A stretch of 64,000 nt of DNA from Ostrea edulis (Eukaryota). Under the pieces are notes generated by a model. That model saw only the letters and a list, made by a program, of their open reading frames with translations, had not been told where the DNA came from and did no database searches. The number at the start of each line of letters is the position of its first letter. Within the stretch, counting starts at the first letter, position 1. Positions 1 through 11,619 of the stretch are shown here, in pieces. The position numbers were made by a program, and so were the translations under genes. Location of the stretch: assembly GCF_947568905.1 (NCBI RefSeq), contig NC_079169.1, forward strand, positions 87,420,001 through 87,484,000, written 5' to 3'.

Positions 1-886
1 TAGATAAAAATGTTATTTCAAAGAAGATGAGACTTAAAATAAGGGATGTACTACATACACATACTAAGTGTTTTATACCTATATAATAATAATAGCATTG
101 TGACATAACATTCTAAAAATACAATATGCCTTTTTTCTTCTTCTGTAGGTGTAGATTATATACATGTAACATATCATTTCATAAGATTTATTTATAAAAA
201 ATAACCTATTCAATTCTTTGTCACGTGATTGACATTTAATTTCTCTGCCATTGACCCAGATTTTGTAATAATTAAGTATTGAGATTTGAATGTTTATTGA
301 TATTCAATATTGACTTGCTAAAAAGGTGCCTTCTATGAAATATATCTGTAGATGGTCATTCGCCACTCGGACAGGGTTTTTCCTAAGATCCACCCACCGA
401 TTTTTTTAACAGGGATTCTATAGTTACCTCAAAATAAAACACATTACACAAAACACAAACGTGTCACAGAGTAGGATTATATCGTTCACGATGATTTTTT
501 TTTTTTTATCTGTTTACATCCCAAAAATTAATATATTCCTTATATTCATATCTAACGAGTATCTTCTTAGTGCAAAAAGTCACGTGTTACTCTTAATATA
601 TCGAGACCTATAAACAATGGCGCGTCAAACGTTTATCAATGTATAATATTAGCAGAGTATATCTTCATCATTTGTTTATTTTAACTGGGTGGAAGTACAC
701 ATACCCCAAGTGATATGTCGCTAAATAGACAGTATCTAGAGCTAGTACAGGTATGTATTCACTTCCACTGTGCTGTGTGTTGTCTAGGATTTATATCACA
801 TGACCAACTGTATTTGTACTAAAATAAAAAAGAAAATCGAAGGGAAATTCGGGATTCTGTGTGATCTTTCACGCATAATTCCGGTA

Positions 887-1085
887 ACATGATATATTTT
901 TTGTCGGCATGTCTACACAGATAGGTGGTAAGTTGACAACATGATACATTTTTGTTGACAAGTCTACAGATAGGTGGAAAGTTAATTACATGATACATTT
1001 TTGTTGACATATCTACAGATAGGTGGAAAGTTAACTACATGATACATTTTTGTTGACATGTCTACAGATAGGTGGTAAGTTAACT
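887..1085 (+). repeat. About 50-bp tandem repeat, 4 copies
   Basis: Unit catgatacatttttgttgacatgtctacagataggtgg(t/a)aagttaac. Confidence 0.9.
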
Positions 1086-1092
1086 GTCAAGC

Positions 1093-1286
1093 TTTGGTTG
1101 GTTGGTTGAATAGTGTTTAATGCTCCTCTCGAGAACTTTTCATTCATATGTATAGACAATGCCGACAAAGGGCTGCAAAATTTAGGCCTATGCTTGGCGC
1201 TTAGGCCTTTGAGCAGAAAAGGGTCTTTCTCGTGTCACACCTGCTGTGATCACGGGGCCTCTTACGACAAGTAAGGGGCACTGGGG
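1093..1286 (-). mobile_element. SINE-like element, internally deleted copy
   Basis: Shares the body (gggctgcaaaatttaggcctatgc, cacacctgctgtg) with the copies at 4998, 11371, 23545 and 44214; deletion joined at cctc microhomology. Confidence 0.85.
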
Positions 1287-1289
1287 AGC

Positions 1290-1476
1290 TATTATAAGCA
1301 CAGCATTGCCCAAGTCGTTCAGATGGGTGCCGTCATACCTAAATAGCTTTTCCACAGCAAAGGTAATAGTTGGATGCCTAATGACTACCCCCTTCCGTTC
1401 TAAGAAAGTTTTTGACCTTACGGTCGATGTCCTTGTGCTGACGCGGATTCCCTTGGGACGTCAAGCTTTGGCAATC
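1290..1476 (-). pseudogene. SGNH-hydrolase ORF relic, likely from a Ngaro/DIRS-type retrotransposon
   Basis: Minus-strand translation KDIDRKVKNFLRTEGG / VIRHPTITFAVEKLFRYDGTHLNDLGNAVL (frameshifted) carries the DxxH motif. The donor element class is inferred. Confidence 0.6.
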
Positions 1477-1489
1477 AAAACTATTTCAG

Positions 1490-1775
1490 AACTCCTATGA
1501 TCAGGTCTTCCAACGGGCTGTTGGAATTACCATGGGTACGAATTGTGTTTTTAGATTCCTATGAAGCAGATATTATTCAAAAACTTCTACCTGAGAAGTA
1601 AAAAAAATCTCCTGCTTTGGCCTTCAATTCGAAATTTAGACATATCGACGACGTATTTTCCATCAACAATAATAATTTTCATTCGTATGTCGATTCGATA
1701 TATCGTTGTATTCTCTATTTTGTATTGCTTGTGGGAGTTATGAGATTAGTCACTGTTCTTTATCTTCGCCTTTAA
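1490..1775 (+). mobile_element. Degenerate Penelope-like RT fragment fused to the family 3' tail
   Basis: Aligns with 57890-58110 (GI.MGTNC, RHIDD region), then jumps to the tail ctattttgtattgcttgtgggagttatgagatt. Confidence 0.8.
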
Positions 1776-1820
1776 TGATTGTCTCTGATATATACCACAT
1801 GTATACTGTATGATATATAC

Positions 1821-3329
1821 GAAGTGTATTACATCTGATGTAAGTGTATTACATCTGATGTAAGTGTATTACATCTGATGTAAGTGTATTACATCTGATG
1901 TAAGTGTATTACATCTGATGTAAGTGTATTACATCTGATAGAAGTGTATTACATCTGATGTAAGTGTATTACATCTGATGTAAGTGTATTACATCTGATA
2001 GAAGTGTATTACATCTGATAGAAGTGTATTACATCTGATATAAGTGTATTACATCTGATGTAAGTGTATTACATCTGATATAAGTGTATTACATCTGATG
2101 TAAGTGTATTACATCTGATGTAAGTGTATTACATCTGATGTAAGTGTATTACATCTGATGTAAGTGTATTACATCTGATGTAAGTGTATTACATCTGATG
2201 TAAGTGTATTACATCTGATGTAAGTGTATTACATCTGATGTAAGTGTATTACATCTGATGTAAGTGTATTACATCTGATGTAAGTGTATTACATCTGATA
2301 GAAGTGTATTACATCTGATGTAAGTGTATTACATCTGATGTAAGTGTATTACATCTGATGTAAGTGTATTACATCTGATAGAAGTGTATTACATCTGATG
2401 TAAGTGTATTACATCTGATAGAAGTGTATTACATCTGATAGAAGTGTATTACATCTGATGTAAGTGTATTACATCTGATGTAAGTGTATTACATCTGATA
2501 GAAGTGTATTACATCTGATGTAAGTGTATTACATCTGATAGAAGTGTATTACATCTGATGTAAGTGTATTACATCTGATGTAAGTGTATTACATCTGATG
2601 TAAGTGTATTACATCTGATATAAGTGTATTACATCTGATAGAAGTGTATTACATCTGATGTAAGTGTATTACATCTGATATAAGTGTATTACATCTGATA
2701 GAAGTGTATTACATCTGATAGAAGTGTATTACATCTGATGTAAGTGTATTACATCTGATAGAAGTGTATTACATCTGATAGAAGTGTATTACATCTGATA
2801 TAAGTGTATTACATCTGATAGAAGTGTATTACATCTGATATAAGTGTATTACATCTGATAGAAGTGTATTACATCTGATGTAAGTGTATTACATCTGATG
2901 TAAGTGTATTACATCTGATAGAAGTGTATTACATCTGATGTAAGTGTATTACATCTGATAGAAGTGTATTACATCTGATAGAAGTGTATTACATCTGATA
3001 TAAGTGTATTACATCTGATAGAAGTGTATTACATCTGATATAAGTGTATTACATCTGATGTAAGTGTATTACATCTGATGTAAGTGTATTACATCTGATA
3101 TAAGTGTATTACATCTGATAGAAGTGTATTACATCTGATGTAAGTGTATTACATCTGATGTAAGTGTATTACATCTGATGTAAGTGTATTACATCTGATG
3201 TAAGTGTATTACATCTGATAGAAGTGTATTACATCTGATAGAAGTGTATTACATCTGATATAAGTGTATTACATCTGATGTAAGTGTATTACATCTGATA
3301 GAAGTGTATTACATCTGATATAAGTGTAT
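1821..3329 (+). repeat. 20-bp minisatellite, about 75 copies
   Basis: Unit aagtgtattacatctgat plus GT, AG or AT. Confidence 0.98.
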
Positions 3330-4229
3330 TTTCCCTGAAAATAAACAAGTAAAATCATATCGATTAATTTATCATTCAAATGAGTATCACAATATACCTT
3401 CGTTTTTCCAAGATTACAAAATATAGATGAGTTATGCGTTTCATCTACTGGTCAGAAACAGAAACATGAATTTCAAGTTTACAGGAATTTGAAATAAAGG
3501 TGTGTATACGGAACTTCGAGAGGCGTGCATAGATAAACAAAATCTGTGACAGATGTTGATAAATACGCATTTGGTGAGATCTTTTATTTGTAGAATCGGA
3601 TATCATGTGGCAAATCATAAAAAATGAAATGTTAACACTCTCCCGTCTTTTACGCATTAGAGAACAGCTCCAAAAAGTAGGTCAGTTGACGTGTCATTAA
3701 CACGTGCAAGGTACATTCTAGTAAACAAGTGCAAGGCGTCATGCTTTTTGTCATGTTTACATTTGAGTATTTTTTTTCGCGTAAACAACTCAGTATCGAT
3801 CTATTGAAATTGCGCCTGCTCCTTTATCAGCACATGTAACTCTGAAGCAGTTCACGGGGTTACTCTCAAGTGTTTACGTTTTCTGTATTAATATTTAATG
3901 CAAGGCAGGAGTTGGATCTGTAACCTTATGTTGACTAAAAACACCATACTGTCGAGGTCACTACTGGCTACTGTTAAGATCTCCAGACACCGGTCTCTAC
4001 ACCAAAACAAATGTCTTCTTTATGAACCAAGATGATCACATTGCATGACTCTGATTCAATTGGCATCATTACATTTTTTTAATGTAATTATTGGATTGCG
4101 ACAAGGATATGAACTGGAAAATGAGTGTCGGAAGACCTCACTTGACTTATTTATGCTTAGAAGCGGAAACATGGGGACACACACTACAACTCATTGTAAT
4201 GTATATGGCTGAAATAATGTTCTCTCTAG

Positions 4230-4920
4230 TCTCTGTCTATCACCCCGTTTACCTATAGAGCACACCGGTTAACAGGGAATGCATACTGTTCCTTGGCACC
4301 TGGTCCCAGGCCACCTATGGTATGTCCAGGGGTCCGTGTTTGCCCCACTCTTTAAGGTATTCAATGTATAATGACCATATTTCATATCTAATAAATGGAT
4401 GGTGGAATATTTGTAATCATGGTATCATTTTGAAGGGTTCATCAAATGAAAATAACCCACGGTAGGAATTTTCTAAATTTTGTTTACTGCTTGATATATT
4501 TCACCTAGAATTTAACATTGAAGTATATGGGAAAAGCATGTTTTATTACAATATTTTAAAAACAAATTATATTTTCATACTAATCTCTTGGTAAAAAGTT
4601 ACATACACTTTCTTTTTATGAAAATATGAAATAAAATTAATCATTGACCACACACATTTTTAGAAAATTGGATTTTTCTTATTTTTACAAAGGGCAGACA
4701 ACTCTTCCAAAAAGTCTTAAGTGCAAAAAGGTCAGCTTCTAATCATTTACCAGTCATGTGAATTTCATCTGCTTCACTTCCATCATTATTTAACAATAAA
4801 GTTTTATGTTGATCTAAATCCTTCAAAATTGTTCATTATCCTTTCATTATACATGGAATACCTTAACCTTGTATTACAGGAATTATGAGATTTGTGAATA
4901 GTCAGTCTTCACTTATTTCA
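4230..4920 (+). mobile_element. Old Penelope-like 3' tail split by a MITE
   Basis: ggcacctg..tatgtccaggggtccgtgtttgccc before 4352 and ttgtattacaggaattatgagatt after 4866 match the tail at 58980-59070. Confidence 0.65.
4356..4862. mobile_element. Kolobok-like MITE
   Basis: TTAA TSD (4352-4355, 4863-4866); 19-bp TIR ggtattcaatgtataatga / tcattatacatggaatacc with 1 mismatch and purine-purine start. Confidence 0.8.
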
Positions 4921-4997
4921 TTACTTCCTGTGTTTAGTAAAGACCTGGTACCGATCGCGGAAGTCACGTGGTTAAGATGTGAAGATCTCGGGTTTGA

Positions 4998-5257
4998 TTG
5001 ATTGAATATTGTTTAACGTCCCTCTCAAAAATATTTCACACATATGGAGACGTCACCATTGCCGGTGAAGGGCTGCAAAATTTAGGCGTATGTTCGGTGC
5101 TTACGGCCTTTGAGTAGGGGGGATCTTGATCGTGCTACAAATGCTATAATACGGGACCTCGGTTTTGCGGTCTCGTCCGAAGGACCGCCCCATTTAGTCG
5201 CCTCTTAAGACAAGCAAGGGGTCCTGAGGACCTATTCCAACCCAGATCCCCACGGGA
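4998..5257 (-). mobile_element. SINE-like element, near full length
   Basis: 13-bp TSD atctcgggtttga (4985-4997, 5258-5270); (AATC)n tail on the minus strand. Confidence 0.92.
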
Positions 5258-6671
5258 ATCTCGGGTTTGAGCATTGGCCCCGGCGCCGCACTAAACCTAA
5301 ACTGTTGGACACACATGCAGGTAGTGATTGTTCCCTCACCAAGCGCCTGGATTAACGTCACGTGCTTTTTGAATGACCGTAAAAACAAATCATGCGTCAC
5401 TGGAGAGACATTAGAACGATAAAGAAGCCACATTGCTCCATCTTGGAGCGCCATGCACAAGTTAAATGTTGTAGTACTTCACCTAAAGCTGGTCAGGTCA
5501 CGTCTCCATATTACGAGTTACAAACATGTACAAATAAAACTATTAAACCTGGCTTTCCCAGACACCGTTTTGTATTTAACCATGGAACTCCGGTGAGTTA
5601 ATGCTTGCATACCACTAAACGACTGTCCAGTTTAGTTATCCAGAGGCAATTTCTGGTAGGTGTCTCCATTTTATTGACGTAGTCCCATGTGTTCTTACAA
5701 CACCTAGAACATTTGCCTCATGATCGACTATATATAATGGCATTTTATTAGTAATGCTTATAAGACGAGGAGCGAAGCCAGATGATAATGATGCCCTTGA
5801 TGTCTCCTTGTTTATAAACGTGATCTAGCCGTTTACAACCGACTAAACCTGCGCTCTTTAAAGTTTGTACTTTAAATCCCAATACGGCCATCTGCGTAAA
5901 AAAATGTCGCATGATCCTCTTAACTTTATTCTTCATATCCAAATTATGTTAGTTGTAAACACGTCAACGCCTTCCAGAACATACTGCGGTTTGTCATGCT
6001 GCTAAATCTGGTCATCTACAGTCATAAATCACTGGCACACAAAGTTTCATGAATTTTAATAACTGTATAAAATTATACATGACAAACTTGCTATAACAAA
6101 TAACATTTTCTCATTTTCACACAAGCATACGCTGTTCACATTATTTCACAACAATCTTGAACTACTTTCATGCTTATCTTCGTTCTCACACAATATCACA
6201 TTTAAAATGCTACCAATAATGCCTCAACGGAAATAGGACAACGACTACACAATAAATTAATAACTAGTAGGCCTTTAAAGTCGCCCACGAACACGTCAAG
6301 CACATGAATGTTCCGTCATCGAGGTCAAGACGCTCCGGCAGACTATATTGGTATTTATCATGATTAATTATTGAACACCAGTGGCACGTCATTGCAGTAA
6401 CAGTACTACAAGTCCACCTCAACTGACTGTCATTTCAGATCGTCACGTGGTCACCGAAATTCTCTCAGTCTCAAAGCGCTTTACACAGAGCACCATATAC
6501 TTTGCAGATCATGGATTGAATGAGGAAGTGGCTGTCCGAATTTCAGTCCTCCCGGGACTGATGGGAAAAGCTCAGAATTCGAGGAAACCGCTATGTATTG
6601 CATGTCAGCACTACATTACTTCGAAATCTGTATCATTAAGCTGGCTTTGGTTTGTCCGTCTGACAAACAGT

Positions 6672-6800
6672 TCAGTTGTCTACTGTTTGTGAATGATTGA
6701 TCTTCAGAATGGCTCTCCCCGTTATCCGACTCTGATAAAGGTCTTCGAAGACTTGATTAGCATCAGTGATGTCATGAATTGAAAACACAGGTGGTTTAAC
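6672..6800 (-). CDS. MDR gene coding exon 5 (terminal)
   Basis: VKPPVF...GRAILKINHSQTVDN-stop. Confidence 0.9.
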   Translation of the reverse strand, partial: VKPPVFSIHDITDANQVFEDLYQSRITGRAILKINHSQTVDN

Positions 6801-8276
6801 CTGAAATAAAGCAAAGTAGATCGAATTATATAGCAAGGATAAATTTTTATCGAAAATTTTAAATTTGATCACCGATATCACATGATAGTCGATGTGAAGG
6901 GATCCGATACTAACCTTCTGTTCAGCCACTAGGTCCACTAATTCCAGGAGCTGCTTGAGGGTACCCTTCGGTATTCCTACAATGCTTTGTTGTTTTGCTG
7001 CCAGGGCATTTAAGTTGATGCAGACCTCTGACATCGTGTTGCCTCCAACTAAAATCAACCCCTCCTGAAATACCAAACAGATACAAGCTATCAAAATCTG
7101 CCAAAAAAAAAACAACATCAAAAAAACTGCACTGGCATTAAAGGAAATTGTTTACATATCTCGTGGCAAAATAAAGACAAAGAAGAAATGTACTCACCCT
7201 ATTAAGGACTCGGAGAGTTCTGTGAACAGTTCTTGGCGAGCTGACAAAATCAATGACTACATCCACTCCACCTTTGCATGATTCTAGCGTTCTCTCTACG
7301 ATGTACTGCTCGTGATCCTCCTCGTTCCAGTGGATGACGTCATAACAATTATGGTCAAGGGCAGTTAGTAGTTTGTCAATGCTATTGTCCGATACAAACA
7401 ATTTGATATTAGTCTGACTGAATTGTGAGAGCATGTAATTGGCTAACTGCACCGCCCAAAGTCCCATTCCTCCAGCTCCGACCACCAAGACATTGATTCC
7501 AGCTGCAAAGAGAATGACATTCTCCTTATTTTTCTTCTACCTTAATCAGAGTCTTGGCTCTTTTAGTGAATGAAATGACTGATAAACATCTTGAAAAATA
7601 CTTACATTTGACCTCTTGTAGTTTCTGTATGTGCAGCTTGGCTTTCATGACGGCGCTGTAAGCCGAGAGAGCACTTCCTGGCAACATTGCCGCCACTTCT
7701 ATAGGTATGCAGTCTGGGATCTGAAGACATTTGTCGACGTCATCGACAGCTATGTATTCCTGGTAGCCAGTCTCCGCAAAGTCTTCATCGAGGTACAGAA
7801 TGACCCTGTCGCCGGTGCTGAAGTTCCTGTTGGGTATTGAGGGGCACACGTCCTGCACAACTCCAGCTACTTCAATGCCTGGCAGTATAGGGTGCAAATC
7901 CTTTCTCTTTATTTGCCCTTCTGGTGAGCACGCGCCAAGGCACTGAACCTGTGAAGAAATCGAACACTTCCATTTTTATAAACGCTACGACAGAAGCAAT
8001 ATCATTTCATTTTTTTTAATATCTCATTTTCAAAACGTACTAGGTCCTAGTTTATCATTCTGATTTAAAAGAACGTCCCATTCGATATTTTGAATAGCAT
8101 TGAGCCCTCTTTTTTTCTAACATACTAAGCTTTATTAGTAGCAGCCCTTTAGTACTCACCCTGACCAGAACACCCCCTTTGGGAATACTGGGCATCACCA
8201 TAGATGTGGAGGCCTCGATCGGACTACACAGGTCGTGGGCCGAATGTCTGTCTACCAACATTTCGTTGTCCAACAT
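6672..8276 (-). CDS. Medium-chain dehydrogenase/reductase (ADH_N + Rossmann), zinc-ligand-less, Drat-like; 5 exons, 347 aa
   Basis: Exons 8276-8160, 7948-7606, 7502-7198, 7064-6915 and 6800-6672 total 1044 nt, all GT-AG with matching phases. Motifs PGIEVAG, GDRV, GAGGMG, GGVDVVIDFV and GRAILK are typical of the MDR fold. The Drat similarity is recalled from memory, not searched. Confidence 0.93.
6915..7064 (-). CDS. MDR gene coding exon 4
   Basis: EGLILVGG...VAEQK; 150 nt, donor GTTAGT. Confidence 0.9.
7198..7502 (-). CDS. MDR gene coding exon 3 (Rossmann GAGGMG)
   Basis: SGINVLVVGAGGMG...VLNR; donor GTGAGT. Confidence 0.93.
7606..7948 (-). CDS. MDR gene coding exon 2
   Basis: VQCLGACS...PGIEVAG...GDRV...LQEVK; donor GTAAGT, phase 1. 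Confidence 0.92.
8160..8276 (-). CDS. MDR gene coding exon 1
   Basis: ATG at 8276, acceptor AG at 8284-8283, donor GTGAGT at 8159; MLDNEMLV...GVLVR. Confidence 0.8.
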
Positions 8277-11200
8277 GATTGACTGTTGATGGAGAAAACA
8301 ATATTTCTTAAGTGAAAAGACAGCTAATGAGAAAACAGTGTATTCACTTCAACGTTCTGAACAAAACAGTTCCCAAGTTTTATATTTCGAACACGTACAT
8401 TCCGGTTGCTGTGCGATATATAACTAGGTATCGTTCAGAGATTCATCTGTCTATATGAACTGACCTCATTTCACAACATTATTTGTGCATGTTGTGATCA
8501 TGCACTCGTCATTATGCAATATGCGCATGCGTGTGACTCTTTTGTTTATCAATGTTTGTGGCTATTTTTTTCAAGGTTTAACTCATTGAATGTCTTATAA
8601 AGGAATCCCACATAAATATATAGATATTTATATACTTGTCAACCTAAACGATCGCCGATAACAACGTGACCCTATCTGGTCACTCCGAGAACAGCTGTTT
8701 ACAAGGAAAATAGGTCGCGTAACCTCACGCGGTCAATGAATGCTAAAGGCCCACGTCTACACACCGTGTCGTGCTCGATGCTAACTACACGTTTAATCAG
8801 AAATAAAATGCATGAATATCACCGTGTGTTTCTCTCTCTTCACATAAAAAAATCAACCCTCGTTTAGATCTCTTCAGACTAAATAGCCCTAGCTGCAGAT
8901 ATTTAATGGTAGCTCGATTAAGTTCCTAAATAACTTCCTAATCTAGTTAAATTAAGATTTAATTTTAAAATGCGGCTTACCTTTCTATTTCACAGAAAAA
9001 TATTCTCAGTTTATATCATCCAAAGTTGCTTCTTCGTGTTTCAGACGTTTAATGAATTCCGAAGGCCGTTTGTTTATATATGAACCTACGAAAACATCCA
9101 CCTTTCACGTGGACATGGAACTTTGTAAACATGATGGGCAAAAAGCGGTCGCCCTCCAACCAATCAAATGCGTTCACTATAGGCAAGTCTTTATTGTCCG
9201 TTTCAAAATTCTTAACGTTCAATACGATATTGTTACATATTCATAACATTTGCCTTTCTTCGGCATACTAACCCTTCGTGATTATGAGGCGATTTAATAC
9301 ATTTTATTTGAGAATAATGGTTTAGGACTAGGCCTGGTATGTGAAAGAAAAGCGTAAAATTATCGCACATTTTTTTTTTCATTTTATGAGAATAATATTA
9401 CGGTATTTTTTAACAATAAAATCATAAAGTCATTAGTGATATTCAATAAAAAAAGAACAGATTTACATATACAAAATCATTAACAACAACAAAAATGTTA
9501 TAAAATATTTACTGAATCAAACTACACGATTTGACAAGAAAGACGCAGTTACTCATCTTGATCTTTAATTGAAAGTTTCAACTACCTATTTTTGGTCCTA
9601 TGTGGAAAAGATAATTCCTTATGTTCACCTGGAAGGTCTATTTTGGTCCTATGTGAAAAAAATAATTCCTTATATTCACCTGGAAGGTCACGTACAGGTA
9701 AACATAACGTAGTATGACTTCTACATTGTTAGATCTCAGCCAATTAGAGAGCTAGGAATTATTCAATCATATAATAATATAATATAATACCTACACTAAC
9801 AGGTGTGATTAAGTTTCCATATTGGGCTGATATGTTGGATCTTGAAAATATTGAAGATGCACAATTGCAAAAGATGCTTTATTAGAAATGTATATTTCAG
9901 GAAAAAAGAAAGAAAGATTGTAACTCCGTGTAATATATAGACTGACGGTCTTGTACTCTTATGTAGTCAAGACAACCCATTCTTACCCATATATGTTTAT
10001 TTATATACAAATAAAAATGTACAAAGCGAGGAGTTTAACAATTTAATTAAAATTAGATCCTTTGATCCGCTCACTTACGGGCGTTACACGTACTGCACTG
10101 TACGTCTACATCTGTAAGTAGATAGGTCGTTCAACAACCTTATAGATTGACAGTTTTACATAAAGTATTTTATATTCCTGTTTTTCCTGATAATTTTGCT
10201 GGTTTTTTCGGGTATTGCACATGAGTCAAGACATCTTTTGATCTCAGTCCATGTTCATGAAAATTCTTGCAAAAGTTGACCCCCCCCCCCTCCCCCCCAT
10301 CATCAAATGTATTGGTGCTACATCCCAGACAGTGGGTTTTTCCTTGATAATCGACATCTTCCAGCATTAGTCTAGGAGCAGTCAGCTGATATGCTGTAAA
10401 ACGTGCTAATTATGCTTATGCGAGAAATAATAGCCGCGCCGTGTTAAAAAAGATGCAGATTAAACAAAAATATCAAAAGTTTTATTAATTTTCAGCAACT
10501 TGCAAAAAAAAAAAAAAAAAAAAAAATCCACGTGCAAAGGAATGGGACCTTTCCTATTTAATAGTTGAATTCCCACGAGACAAAAACTTGCAATGGAACT
10601 GATTTCTTACAGAATACAAGTTTATTATAAGGGTCAACAATACATATTAATTCCCCACTATAATTAATTTAGATAACGGGAAATTTTAATAAACATTGGT
10701 ATCCCCTTGTCTAGAAATCGCACGTGCATGTTCTTATCAACATTTATAAATCACAGAGAGATAGTCTTACCTTGAGGATGGCATCATGGCAGCTCATATG
10801 GAATGCTTTCTAGGAAGTCAATCCATGCCGAAACTTCACCGCCGTGCGTATCGAACGTGATTGCCGCGTGTGACCTCAAGGCCACACCACGGGAAGAGAG
10901 AGGGCATTTTCATCTGGTCCTTTTTGCAAAAAAGATCCATATGGTTTGCACAGCAGAGGACATGATTGCAACCACTATCAAATTACATTGCACATTGATG
11001 TAGATGGAATATGATTAATAATCAATTATTTTTATAAGACTACGAGTTAGTTTTCTTCATGTTCTACCTCAGCAAGCACACCTCTGCAACACGTCACTAT
11101 CATCTATATAATATGTTAATTTGTCAAGGTGCGGTACTATTTTTCCTTTGATCTTAGCCACACTTTAAATCAGACAGAAAACCTTTGGCAGAAAACTTCC

Positions 11201-11236
<36 letters not shown>

Positions 11237-11370
11237 CTTAGCTGTACAATAACTTTCACGACACCGTACTATAACTTCCAAACTATGAACGCAGCTAGAC
11301 AACAACAATTCTGTAATATTAATAAATGATGAATACATAAGAAATGCAACATATAAATGATATAAGTTTC

Positions 11371-11619
11371 GTGGGGATCCGGGTTAGAATAGGTCCTCAG
11401 TACCCCTTGCTTGTCGTATGAGGTGGTCCTTCGGATGAGACCGCAAAAACCGAGGTCCCGTGTCACAGCAGGTGTGGCACGATAAATATCCCTACCTGCT
11501 AAATGGCCATAAGTGCCGAGCATCATAGGCCTGTAGCCCTTCACCGGTAATTGTGACGTCTCCATACGAGTGAAAGATTCTCGAGAGGGACGTTAAACAA
11601 TATTCAATCAATCAATCAA
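11371..11619 (+). mobile_element. SINE-like element
   Basis: gtggggatccgggttagaatagg head, gtgtcacagcaggtgtggcacg core, (TCAA)n tail. Confidence 0.92.

Noticed and set aside
4950-5000. tRNA gene
   Set aside because: Only decayed A/B-box-like words and no cloverleaf; no tRNA or rRNA gene was recognised anywhere in the window.
8981-9250. Upstream coding exon for the MDR gene
   Set aside because: It has a good donor (AAG|GTAAGC), but the ATG-initiated frame stops early; at most a 5' UTR exon, unsupported without transcripts.
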